IMG/VR virus record: IMGVR_UViG_3300008120_000147
Location: 1 to 64,000 of that record
DNA: 64,000 bases
Source: an uncultured virus (IMG/VR IMGVR_UViG_3300008120_000147)
Taxonomy: Duplodnaviria > Heunggongvirae > Uroviricota > Caudoviricetes
Strand: one strand, 5' to 3'
Part shown: in pieces, positions 20,604 through 30,030 of the stretch
Layout of the letters: each line of letters starts with the position of its first letter
How positions within the stretch are numbered: the first letter of the stretch is position 1
Position numbers and translations under genes: made by a program
Notes under the pieces: generated by a model
What the model saw: the letters and a program-made list of their open reading frames with translations, nothing else
The model's database searches: none
What the model was told of the DNA's origin: nothing

Positions 20604-21260
20604 ATGAAATTAGAAACAAATGTAATCAAACCAGAAATAAGTTTCTTTGAAGAAGAAAATGAAAATGTAATCCTTACCACACAATGGGAGACAAGCTTAG
20701 ATTCTAAATTAGATGAGATTTATGAATATATCAATAAAAATGATGGTAAAGATAAATCAGAGTCAGAAAAAGATGAGCTATACAAAAACGCTCAACTTTT
20801 GTGGAGAGAATTTGCTAATGTGTTAAAAGATACAAAATACAATTTCTTTTTGAACAGACCACAATATAACTTTTTGACAGATTTGATTCTCAAAAAGATT
20901 GACTATGATGTTAACACAGTTTTCTTTGCAATTGAATTGACTGACTTACTTGGCACAATGAAAGGTGTTAAGTTTAATAACGACCAAGAATTGACAGCAT
21001 TTCCAGTAAATGCTACAGAAATTACTTATATTTATCACCTTATTGCTACTCACAAAGTAAAAGGATTAGGAAAAGACGCTTATACTTTTGCACAAGTATT
21101 AAGAAGAATTGGTGAAATCAGCAAAATATTCAATTATTATGATACAGCAGCTAAAAACTCATCTACTGAAATTCAAAATTGGGTAACTTGTTTTGATTCA
21201 TCAGTAGTAATGGAAAATAGAGAAGAATCCATCAGCGCCGAAGTTTTAGATAATAACTAA
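20604..21260 (+). CDS. Hypothetical protein
   Basis: 218-aa ORF followed by a terminator. Confidence 0.7.
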   Translation: MKLETNVIKPEISFFEEENENVILTTQWETSLDSKLDEIYEYINKNDGKDKSESEKDELYKNAQLLWREFANVLKDTKYNFFLNRPQYNFLTDLILKKIDYDVNTVFFAIELTDLLGTMKGVKFNNDQELTAFPVNATEITYIYHLIATHKVKGLGKDAYTFAQVLRRIGEISKIFNYYDTAAKNSSTEIQNWVTCFDSSVVMENREESISAEVLDNN

Positions 21261-21278
21261 AATATTATATTCTAATTT

Positions 21279-21309
21279 AAAACCCATCAATTTTATTGAT
21301 GGGTTTTTT
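21279..21309. terminator. Bidirectional intrinsic terminator
   Basis: aaaacccatcaat-ttt-attgatgggtttttt. Confidence 0.85.
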
Positions 21310-21311
21310 AT

Positions 21312-24300
21312 TTAGTATACAGGTTTTATTGGATTGAATGGACCTATTGGTTCAATATAACTATATGGCTCTTGTAAATCCTTAATTCCTCTTATTTCAT
21401 AATTTTTTCTATCCGTATAAATTTGTCCATATCCGTTATCAGAAGTTACCTCAATAACTAAATACGGATCTATATTTGAATCTATTGTAAAGTTAAAAGG
21501 TAAGATATCATCGCCCCTTCGCCATTCTGTTATAGTTTGTACAGGCTCCAGGTCTATCAATTTCCATTCAGTTATGTTTAGCCAATTCAGAGCGTCTAAA
21601 TTTGGCGAAACCGGCACAGAACTTGCAGATAAACCACTATAAACATAGATATTTCTTCTATATTCTACTAAACTAGTAGGTGAATAGGAAATATTTGGTG
21701 TCCAACCCGCAACATTTTCAAATCTTCTTGGATTTTTTACACGATTATTATCTATTACAGACTCATATAATTTACCATAGTATGTGATTTTATCACCTTT
21801 CATATAAGTTAAAAAGGGTTTCCACTCTTTATATGTTTTATAAGTTCTAATTTTTATGTCAAAATAATCAGGTGTAATCAATTTAGCACCATTGTAAGGT
21901 TTATACAAGTAACCATTACCACGACGATCATACTCAATTTCAGGAGGAGGACCAGGTTGACTTGAGGTAAATCCAATGTTAGGAACTATACTATAAAAAT
22001 CCAAAACACAATTGTAAACTGTTGAACCACTATTAACAGGCATCAAGTAAGCCTCATTCAATTTAAATGTCACAGGACACATCTCTTCTTTCATGTTTAC
22101 AATTTTTGTATCTATGACTTGATGAGTAATAGCATAAGTATTTTTCTGATAAGCCTGTCCAGTAATATCTATAATTTTATGAGTCAATGGAATGACATTT
22201 CGCTTAAGCCAATATTTTAGACCCTGTAATTTTATTATAACTTCATCTAAACTATAATTCAATACATTATTTCCCTCTTCATCTGTAATTAGATATGATA
22301 GATTAAATGAATTTGTTTCTTCATATCTTTCATTAGGAAAAGTATTTTTAATATACTCATTATCAGTCCAACCATCAATTGTGTTATCAAAAATATCAGG
22401 AATTTTTACTTTATAATTTTTATCATAGTTAGGAGATTTAGGATCTATATCTCTAAAATATTCATTTAATATTAAATCATTAAAACCAAAATAATTTATA
22501 GCATTGATTATAGCTTTATAGGAACCAATGTAAGGATAAATCAGATGTTTCATCATCAACATTTCCTTTCTTTTTCTATTTAGAATTGTCCAATCAATAC
22601 CACCCTCTAATATATCATATTCTTTAAAAATGAAGACTTCATCTGGGTTAATTAATTTTCCTATATTACCCAACTCTATTTTAAATCTTTCATCTTCTTC
22701 TTCAGTTTGACCATAACAAAGAAATCTACCTATTTCTCTGTCTAATACTTTGATTGTAAATTTCAAATACGTTTTACTATTATCAACTGGATAATTATTT
22801 ACAATAGTAGATTCCGGTATAAGAACACCTAAATCACTTAAGAAACTAACTACTATCTGTCTTGTATAAACTTCTCTTATAATAAATAAAGATGCGTGAT
22901 TAGGTGAAGTATATTGATTTTTTGAATTACTGAGGTCTTTAAGATAAATAACTATTCTTTGGCCTGGCTTGAACCCCTTACCTGTAAAAATATCAGTAGA
23001 TTGCTCGTTTAATTTTATTATACCATAAGTATCATTTATATTAAAAATACTCTCAAATGTAACATAATTATTACTATTTGAATTGATTGTCAATTCCACA
23101 TCTTCTTTTTTCCAAAGTAAAAGTTGTGAATATTTAACACCCTCATCAGGACTATTAAATCCTAAAAACAATTGTAATGGTTCTATTTCTGTACTAAAAT
23201 CATCCTCATCATCGATATAACTTAATTTATAATTTACTGAATTAAAAATAGTTTGTTGATATTCTGGTAAATTTACCTTCACCACATCGACATTTGGTTT
23301 TTTATTTAAAACTATTGTATCTAATGGCTTAGGACCAGTGTAAGCATACGAACCAGTTATAGGTAATTGGTCACCTGAGAAGTCATAGATAAAAAACTCA
23401 TTGACGTCATCAGTTAACCACTTATAATAATATTGAACACTAACATCACCTTCATAATTTTCTCTTGGTTTTCTAAAAAACTCTCTAGCCTTTAACCACA
23501 TAGACGGTCTTGGTTTATAATTTGGATCTAATGTTCCATATTGATTTTCAGTGATAGGCGTATATGTACCAGATATAATATTTATTGTAGATAATAATTC
23601 AACCTTTATCTCAACTAATGATTTATTTGATGGTTGAAGTGCCCATATTGACTCTCTATCCGGATTGTAAACAATCTTTGTAGTTTGAGCAGTCATTGGT
23701 TGAGATGAAAATGAATTTTTTTGAGTATTTATAACTACTATTTTATTTGACACCTGAGATGACAAATAAACATCACCATCATACTGATTGATTTCTAAAT
23801 AACCATAATCTGTAATGTTATCTTGATTATAAATATTTGAACTTAGGTCTAATTCTGTAAAATTACCAGAAGAACCAGATATATTAATTTGACCAGTAAG
23901 ATTATTAAATATAATATCATTAAATGAATCAGATGCCAAAGTGATTGATTGAGTCAAACCATTATCAATTTTCCAAATACTAGTATTTGAAAATACATAG
24001 ATAGATTCGTTTACAGGTTCATAAAATAATGAATGTGTCAAACCAGGAATACCATAAGCTGTTTGTATTGTCCTGTTTGAATTTATTCTTAAAACCTGAT
24101 TAGCATCTGTAGTGACATATAAATCATTCTCAAAATTATTGAAAACCATTTTCCCAGTTCTTGTTGCTAATAATGGGAAATTAGTATCTAAAGAATTTAT
24201 TATATCAGTTGCTAAACTAGAAAGATTTGTATAGGACCAAATATCTAGTCTCGGGCTATTTGAATAAGAAATATAAACATCTCCATTTACAGGATTTATT

Positions 24301-27155
24301 TGCATATCAAAAGCCAAACTACCAGGGTAAGAAGCAGTAAGTGATATATTAGAAACTAAAAGATTACTAGTAGGATCGATAACATTGATTTGTTGAGCAG
24401 ATAAACAATAAATGTAATTATTTATTGGATTGAATTCCATCTCAATACTTTGAGTATTACCTGTAAACTCTATCGTAGCATAATGAAGACCAGTATTAGA
24501 ATCGATGACATTAACACCATCTCCGAAAGCATATATTGAATTTGAAACCTGAACATACTTTATATCGACCAAATTACCCGAACCAACAAAACCAGATAAA
24601 TCTAAATTGTTAATTTCATAATTATTTGTATTCACAGTTATACTAAAACCTGGACTGAATGAATCTATTGAAAAAGGCGCACCATTTCCAGTTCCGCCAG
24701 TAGGAGCGACCGGTAAAGCACAAGCGGTCTGTCCAAAACCGGTATCAAAAGCAAGTGTCACATAAGCAGAAGAACTACAAATACTATCAGTTAATCCCCA
24801 AAATGGACCCTGATAACTTATATTCATGACGTGTGGATCTAAAAAAGTGACATTGTATTCTTGATTATTCCATGGGAAAACCGTATTATTAATTGAAATA
24901 ACTCTACCAGTAGCAAATCCTTCTGACTCAAATGAAGCAGTTGATGCCTCTGGTAACATTATTTGATTCGAAGCAATCAACATACCATGATTACCCTTTA
25001 TTTTTTCGACTAAAGTATAATCTTGTAAGCCGGGTAAATTTACACGACCAGTGATAATACTAAGGTTCAATGGAACTTCCAATTGAGTCACATCAAATTT
25101 AAGAACATAATTTATATTAGTAATTAAATAACCAATAAGTGCCAATTCTTCAGAATAAGCATTAACCCAATTCTGAAGTGTAGTCGGTATATCAACAACA
25201 TTAGTCGAGGCGTAATAAACCGATTCTGTAATATACTCCTCACCATTTATTTTAACATTTACATATGGTATAGAATAACTTCCTGAGTTGAAAGTTACCT
25301 TAGAATGCTCAATATGAAATTTTGCAGCAGTTCCAACTTCAACTCTATCGATGACCATCGGTACGTTTGGATATTGAGTTTTTACGATAATTGCATTGTA
25401 AAATATTGAAGTATAATTACCAACATATTTTAACTCAACTCTGATTCCAAGAACATAAAGTCTTAGATAATTTCTTACCAACCATCTTCTTAATGTTTTA
25501 TCAATTGTTCTCTCCATATCAAGAGTCGCACCAGAATAAACATAAGCGATTTCTTCTTCATAAACCATTCCGTTTATGATTATTTTTAATCCGAATTCAT
25601 CTAAATCAGTAAAAACTATATTATAACTAAAGTTTTCAGAAAAATTATAATTTAATTCATAATTTAATTGTTCTTTTGTTTGAATTAACTTTTCATACGC
25701 CCTATTAAATGAACCTATTGAATAAGTTGGTCCAACCGCAGTATGATAAAAATTGACTATAGCATAATTAGATGGATACATCAAGTCCGCTCTTAGTCTA
25801 TTATTTTTATAATACAGGTCTATATTAAATATCTTTAAATCCTCAGCATACTTTTCTACAGCAGAAGCCATTGTTACAGGCGCACTTTGTGTATAAGACA
25901 TTTCATAATAATATTTATCCGTAGTGTAATAAATTTGAGCAAATAAAATCGACTCTTGAACCGTAGTCTGTTCAACAGGTATATAAGTTGGTAATGACCA
26001 AAATTTATTATTTAATGGTGTAATAGATGAAGTTTGAGCTTGTCCAAAACTTTGAGTATATGCCTGTATACATTCGTATATTTTATTATTGAATATTACT
26101 TGAGATTGAGTTGCAAAAAAAGTTTCATTGAATATACCATCCCAGCGAGGAATATTAGCAACTGTCAAAAAGTTCGAATTGTTTTGAGAATTTATGATTT
26201 TTATTTCTTTACCAGGTTTTATAGTTTGAGGAAATTTAGGAGTAAATGAAATGTTGATACGACCATCACCTGTGATTTCTATTCCACCTTCATATATCTT
26301 AGGAAGATCCATTCTTGTCAAAACCTCAATTATAAGATTTGATTCTGGCGGTAAGCTAGTTTTACTAACAGAATATTCGAAATGAACTTGGTCAGCTAAA
26401 TCAACACTTTTTATTGTTACAGGAACTGGTGAATATAATGGCGGTCTACTTATTTCGTCACCAACTTGTTTCCCAGTATTTATTAAATTTAATTTTTTAT
26501 TAACATAATACTTATCATAAAAAAAAGGTTCACTCCAAGGTGATATTTTAGGTAGATACTGACTATTGACATAATCATAAACACCAATAGCATTTAGACC
26601 AGTAATGGTTTTACCAACATAAGGAGATGGATTATCAAGTTCTGTTTGGTCACCACCATATGTTTCAAAATAAGTAGTTTCAAACGTATCATTATCCATC
26701 TGAGAAATAATCATTATAGCGCCTTTCTTGGATGACACAACAGCATATGTTTGAGTCACGTCAGTAAATTCTAAAAAAGGAACATCAAATCTTATTAGAG
26801 TTCCAACAGGAAACTTTTTTTCAAAATTATCTCCATAAATCCATTTAGAATAAAAATTTGAATCATTGTTGATAGGTTCAATTTTTGTATAAGATTCACT
26901 TTCATATTTTGCACCATACATATGTAGACCAAGTTCATTAAATAATTGAAATTTATCAACAGTTAGCTCACCAGGTAGTTCATATTCAAAAGCCGGTAGC
27001 TTTTCTAACATGTATAAACCATAAGTCCTAAATGTATCAGTAGAATTTTCATGGAATATGATATTACCTTCAAACCTCTCCGCAACATCATTATAATTAA
27101 AATTTAAATAATCCCCTTCTTTATTAAACCAGACAAGATTTTTGTGATTTGACAT
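21312..27155 (-). CDS. Large virion structural protein (baseplate wedge-like) with beta-propeller and carbohydrate-binding-like modules
   Basis: 1947 aa; FNPINNYIY/INPVNGDVY/YNPDRESIW propeller-like repeats; WxxxxTYxKGDKITYYGKLYES modules; YIGSYKAIINAINYFGF; TAATATATA at 27175-27183. Confidence 0.65.
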   Translation of the reverse strand: MSNHKNLVWFNKEGDYLNFNYNDVAERFEGNIIFHENSTDTFRTYGLYMLEKLPAFEYELPGELTVDKFQLFNELGLHMYGAKYESESYTKIEPINNDSNFYSKWIYGDNFEKKFPVGTLIRFDVPFLEFTDVTQTYAVVSSKKGAIMIISQMDNDTFETTYFETYGGDQTELDNPSPYVGKTITGLNAIGVYDYVNSQYLPKISPWSEPFFYDKYYVNKKLNLINTGKQVGDEISRPPLYSPVPVTIKSVDLADQVHFEYSVSKTSLPPESNLIIEVLTRMDLPKIYEGGIEITGDGRINISFTPKFPQTIKPGKEIKIINSQNNSNFLTVANIPRWDGIFNETFFATQSQVIFNNKIYECIQAYTQSFGQAQTSSITPLNNKFWSLPTYIPVEQTTVQESILFAQIYYTTDKYYYEMSYTQSAPVTMASAVEKYAEDLKIFNIDLYYKNNRLRADLMYPSNYAIVNFYHTAVGPTYSIGSFNRAYEKLIQTKEQLNYELNYNFSENFSYNIVFTDLDEFGLKIIINGMVYEEEIAYVYSGATLDMERTIDKTLRRWLVRNYLRLYVLGIRVELKYVGNYTSIFYNAIIVKTQYPNVPMVIDRVEVGTAAKFHIEHSKVTFNSGSYSIPYVNVKINGEEYITESVYYASTNVVDIPTTLQNWVNAYSEELALIGYLITNINYVLKFDVTQLEVPLNLSIITGRVNLPGLQDYTLVEKIKGNHGMLIASNQIMLPEASTASFESEGFATGRVISINNTVFPWNNQEYNVTFLDPHVMNISYQGPFWGLTDSICSSSAYVTLAFDTGFGQTACALPVAPTGGTGNGAPFSIDSFSPGFSITVNTNNYEINNLDLSGFVGSGNLVDIKYVQVSNSIYAFGDGVNVIDSNTGLHYATIEFTGNTQSIEMEFNPINNYIYCLSAQQINVIDPTSNLLVSNISLTASYPGSLAFDMQINPVNGDVYISYSNSPRLDIWSYTNLSSLATDIINSLDTNFPLLATRTGKMVFNNFENDLYVTTDANQVLRINSNRTIQTAYGIPGLTHSLFYEPVNESIYVFSNTSIWKIDNGLTQSITLASDSFNDIIFNNLTGQINISGSSGNFTELDLSSNIYNQDNITDYGYLEINQYDGDVYLSSQVSNKIVVINTQKNSFSSQPMTAQTTKIVYNPDRESIWALQPSNKSLVEIKVELLSTINIISGTYTPITENQYGTLDPNYKPRPSMWLKAREFFRKPRENYEGDVSVQYYYKWLTDDVNEFFIYDFSGDQLPITGSYAYTGPKPLDTIVLNKKPNVDVVKVNLPEYQQTIFNSVNYKLSYIDDEDDFSTEIEPLQLFLGFNSPDEGVKYSQLLLWKKEDVELTINSNSNNYVTFESIFNINDTYGIIKLNEQSTDIFTGKGFKPGQRIVIYLKDLSNSKNQYTSPNHASLFIIREVYTRQIVVSFLSDLGVLIPESTIVNNYPVDNSKTYLKFTIKVLDREIGRFLCYGQTEEEDERFKIELGNIGKLINPDEVFIFKEYDILEGGIDWTILNRKRKEMLMMKHLIYPYIGSYKAIINAINYFGFNDLILNEYFRDIDPKSPNYDKNYKVKIPDIFDNTIDGWTDNEYIKNTFPNERYEETNSFNLSYLITDEEGNNVLNYSLDEVIIKLQGLKYWLKRNVIPLTHKIIDITGQAYQKNTYAITHQVIDTKIVNMKEEMCPVTFKLNEAYLMPVNSGSTVYNCVLDFYSIVPNIGFTSSQPGPPPEIEYDRRGNGYLYKPYNGAKLITPDYFDIKIRTYKTYKEWKPFLTYMKGDKITYYGKLYESVIDNNRVKNPRRFENVAGWTPNISYSPTSLVEYRRNIYVYSGLSASSVPVSPNLDALNWLNITEWKLIDLEPVQTITEWRRGDDILPFNFTIDSNIDPYLVIEVTSDNGYGQIYTDRKNYEIRGIKDLQEPYSYIEPIGPFNPIKPVY

Positions 27156-27222
27156 CTATTATAATAGTTTTGTTTATATATTAATTTTAGTTTTCTTGAT
27201 AGAATAATTTAATATATAATAA

Positions 27223-27585
27223 ATGAAAAGGTTAAATACGTATATGAACTTTATTAATGAAGAATTTTTTAAAAAAATCAAAAAAAAATCTAAATCTAAA
27301 TCAGATAGAGTACAAGACGCATTGACAAATATTTTAAATTTTCTCAATGATAATCAAATTTATGACTGGTCAGATTTTGAAAAAATGTCACCATTTGACA
27401 GAGATATTGTGAATAAAATAATAGACCATACAGCAAAAGATATGAAAGACGTTGTTGACATAAGATTTAAATTAAAATTAGAGCTATGTGACAGAAATCA
27501 ACTGAGAAACTATCTTAAAGAATTAGAATCACAAGAAGAATTCGAAAAATGCGCAGAAGTGCTTAAAAAAATAAACGAAAAATGA
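27223..27585 (+). CDS. Hypothetical protein with CTS-like N-terminus and UVR-like C-terminus
   Basis: MKRLNTYMNFINEE; QEEFEKCAEV; TAATATATA at 27210-27218. Confidence 0.7.
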   Translation: MKRLNTYMNFINEEFFKKIKKKSKSKSDRVQDALTNILNFLNDNQIYDWSDFEKMSPFDRDIVNKIIDHTAKDMKDVVDIRFKLKLELCDRNQLRNYLKELESQEEFEKCAEVLKKINEK

Positions 27586-27791
27586 AACATCTAAAAAAGT
27601 TTAACGAAGAATTTGACTGGGATGAAGTTCTAAAAAATAATAGAAAAACTGAAGAAAAAGACAAATGGTCTAGTTTAGAAAAAGATATGATGCAAATCGT
27701 AGATAAATATACAGGTCAATTTGGAATTGACTCTTATGGAGTAATAGACGCTATGTATCAAGTTTTAGATAATATGTTTCAAAAAAAATAA
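27582..27791 (+). CDS. Small protein with CTS-like N-terminus
   Basis: MKHLKKFNEEF. Confidence 0.7.
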   Translation: MKHLKKFNEEFDWDEVLKNNRKTEEKDKWSSLEKDMMQIVDKYTGQFGIDSYGVIDAMYQVLDNMFQKK

Positions 27792-27799
27792 TATTGATT

Positions 27800-28786
27800 A
27801 TGAAAGAAATAAAAAAATTCAAAGATGCTGCTAAAAATTTAAATATCTCGGATAATAAAGAGAAAAAATCTAAAAAAGAAAAAGATATTGAAATTAAATT
27901 TAAAGCTGATTCATTGAAGAGAGATGAAGAAAAACCAGGTTTCAAAAGTTCAGTTGAACAACAAGAGAAAGTTGAAAAGGAATTCAAAAAAAATAAAGAT
28001 AAAATTGAAAAATTTGAGTCCTTCATCACAGTAAATATTGATCATGTTGATAATATTGAATGTGAAAATGACTATGACTTACAAGATGAATTAGAAATAG
28101 ATTCGGATTATGAAGAAAGTGAAATAAATGGTTGTGGATGTTGTGATTCATGTACAGGTGAGGATAATTGTTATTGTGGTTGCGCAGATTGTAAATGTGA
28201 TTCTGACGATAATATCAAAAAAGCATCAGAATTTGTGAATATTCTTTTTTCTGAAAGTCTAAAATATCATTTAGAAAAAAATAAACCAATAACTGAAAAT
28301 ATTTTCAGACCTGGTTCAGAGGCATTCTTTAGTGTTATTAAAGAGGCTCGCCAATTATTCGATTCAGGTAAAGTTAAATTATGTGAAATAGACAAAGAAA
28401 TCTATGAAAGTACAGAAATAGGTAAATTCGGTTGGTTTAACGGAGAGTTAGTTCCTCTAGATTTGCCTATGGAAAATGTTGAATTTTTATCAGAAGCTGA
28501 ATATAAAGGAAAAGAAGTTAAGTTAAACTATCCAATGCGTGGCGGCACTAAAAAATACTATGTATATGTTAAAAATCCTAAAACAGGAAACGTGAAAAAG
28601 ATTGCTTTTGGTGATGTACACGGTGGTTTAACAGCTAAAGTAAGTAATCCCGAAGCGAGAAGAAACTTTGCAGCTCGTCATAAATGCTCAACTAAGAAAG
28701 ATAAAACTAAAGCCGGATACTGGGCTTGTAGGGTAAATAAATATGGGCATCTTTGGGGAGGTAAAACTTATCCTGGTTATTGGTAA
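27800..28786 (+). CDS. Protein with Cys-rich cluster and basic C-terminal domain of a type seen in T4-like phages
   Basis: GCGCCDSCTGEDNCYCGCADCKC; KKYYVYVKNPKTGNVKKIAFGD...FAARHKC...AGYWAC. Confidence 0.7.
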   Translation: MKEIKKFKDAAKNLNISDNKEKKSKKEKDIEIKFKADSLKRDEEKPGFKSSVEQQEKVEKEFKKNKDKIEKFESFITVNIDHVDNIECENDYDLQDELEIDSDYEESEINGCGCCDSCTGEDNCYCGCADCKCDSDDNIKKASEFVNILFSESLKYHLEKNKPITENIFRPGSEAFFSVIKEARQLFDSGKVKLCEIDKEIYESTEIGKFGWFNGELVPLDLPMENVEFLSEAEYKGKEVKLNYPMRGGTKKYYVYVKNPKTGNVKKIAFGDVHGGLTAKVSNPEARRNFAARHKCSTKKDKTKAGYWACRVNKYGHLWGGKTYPGYW

Positions 28787-28790
28787 AATT

Positions 28791-29279
28791 ATGAAACATT
28801 TAAAAACATATACTGAATATAATTTTAATTTTCCAATAATAGAATCTAAAGATGTGGAAAATTTTAGTAGAGATTTACTAAAATTAGAATTAAAATCTAA
28901 AATAGATTCTTTACCTGATTCAAATCACTACCTAACACATGTAACTTCACCAGAATTTGCAAAAAGTATATTTGAAACACAGTTTAAATTCAATTTAGGC
29001 ACTGGACTTAGTGGCACAACAGCCATAACTAATAAATCAAATCTTTACACTCTACTTTCTAATATGATTGATGGTATCTCTCCACATAGAAATCAATTAG
29101 GATGTTTTTTATTAGCAATGCCTAAATCAGAATTTGGTGAAATATCGTCCGAAAGAAGAGTTAGCATAGACACAATTGAAAATGATTTACTGGACAATTA
29201 TCAAGAATTTTCTAATGGTAACATACCAGTAAAGTTTAATTACGGATATTTTGATGGTGAAAAATTAATAACAAAATAA
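28791..29279 (+). CDS. Possible ADP-ribosyltransferase-fold protein with CTS-like N-terminus
   Basis: Likely start MKHLKTYTEY; LTHVTSPEFAKSIFETQF resembles the ART HxT...AxSIxxxGF strand. Confidence 0.45.
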   Translation: MKHLKTYTEYNFNFPIIESKDVENFSRDLLKLELKSKIDSLPDSNHYLTHVTSPEFAKSIFETQFKFNLGTGLSGTTAITNKSNLYTLLSNMIDGISPHRNQLGCFLLAMPKSEFGEISSERRVSIDTIENDLLDNYQEFSNGNIPVKFNYGYFDGEKLITK

Positions 29280-29542
29280 TGTTACCTTTCAAAGAAACTA
29301 AAATATCAGATAATACTTTTATCAGAGAATTTAATCAAGAAACAGATTCTGGAGAGTTCATGTGGCACAGAGATTACGAAAATCGTATAATTGAATCTAT
29401 TAAAGATACAGATTGGATGATACAAATTGATAATGAACTACCGAAAATAATTTCTGGGGAAATCACTATACCAAAAGGTGTATTTCATAGGTTGATAAAG
29501 GGTAGCGGTGATTTAAAAATTAAATTACAAAAACTATTCTAA
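29279..29542 (+). CDS. Small cupin-fold protein
   Basis: WHRD...IPKGVFHRLIKG. Confidence 0.75.
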   Translation: MLPFKETKISDNTFIREFNQETDSGEFMWHRDYENRIIESIKDTDWMIQIDNELPKIISGEITIPKGVFHRLIKGSGDLKIKLQKLF

Positions 29543-30030
29543 GACCAAACTTCGTGTAGAAAAGATTTCTTAAACTTTGCACCGGATAAGTCACATCCAG
29601 TAAAATCTGTTAAAAAAGGAACCCAGTAAACTCTATCTAAATCTTCTTTATTTACAAATTTCCACTCAGAATTTTCACCGTCTGATGAGGTAGGTAAACT
29701 ATCAACTTTGCCAGTAAAATAATAAATAAATCCACAAGCAGAATCTGGATGACCTTTTGTATCAATCACACCCCAATCTTGAACATTTGTTGGCGTTAAC
29801 CCTGTTTCTTCTAAAACCTCTCTTAAAGCAGCTTCTTTTGGTTTTTCATCAAGATTATGGTCACCAACCACACCACCAGTAATATTCCAGTGTCCTGGTT
29901 TCCAAGGAGCAGTCATTCCTCTTTTAAGTGCTAATAATTGACCACTCTTATTGAAAAGAGCAATGACAGCAGTAACTGAATTACTCCAATCTTTAGATTC
30001 TTTAATAAATTGTGAAAATGTTTTAATCAT
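29539..30030 (-). CDS. NUDIX hydrolase with CTS-like N-terminus
   Basis: GG...EKPKEAALREVLEETGL; MIKTFSQFIKES. Confidence 0.9.
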   Translation of the reverse strand: MIKTFSQFIKESKDWSNSVTAVIALFNKSGQLLALKRGMTAPWKPGHWNITGGVVGDHNLDEKPKEAALREVLEETGLTPTNVQDWGVIDTKGHPDSACGFIYYFTGKVDSLPTSSDGENSEWKFVNKEDLDRVYWVPFLTDFTGCDLSGAKFKKSFLHEVWS

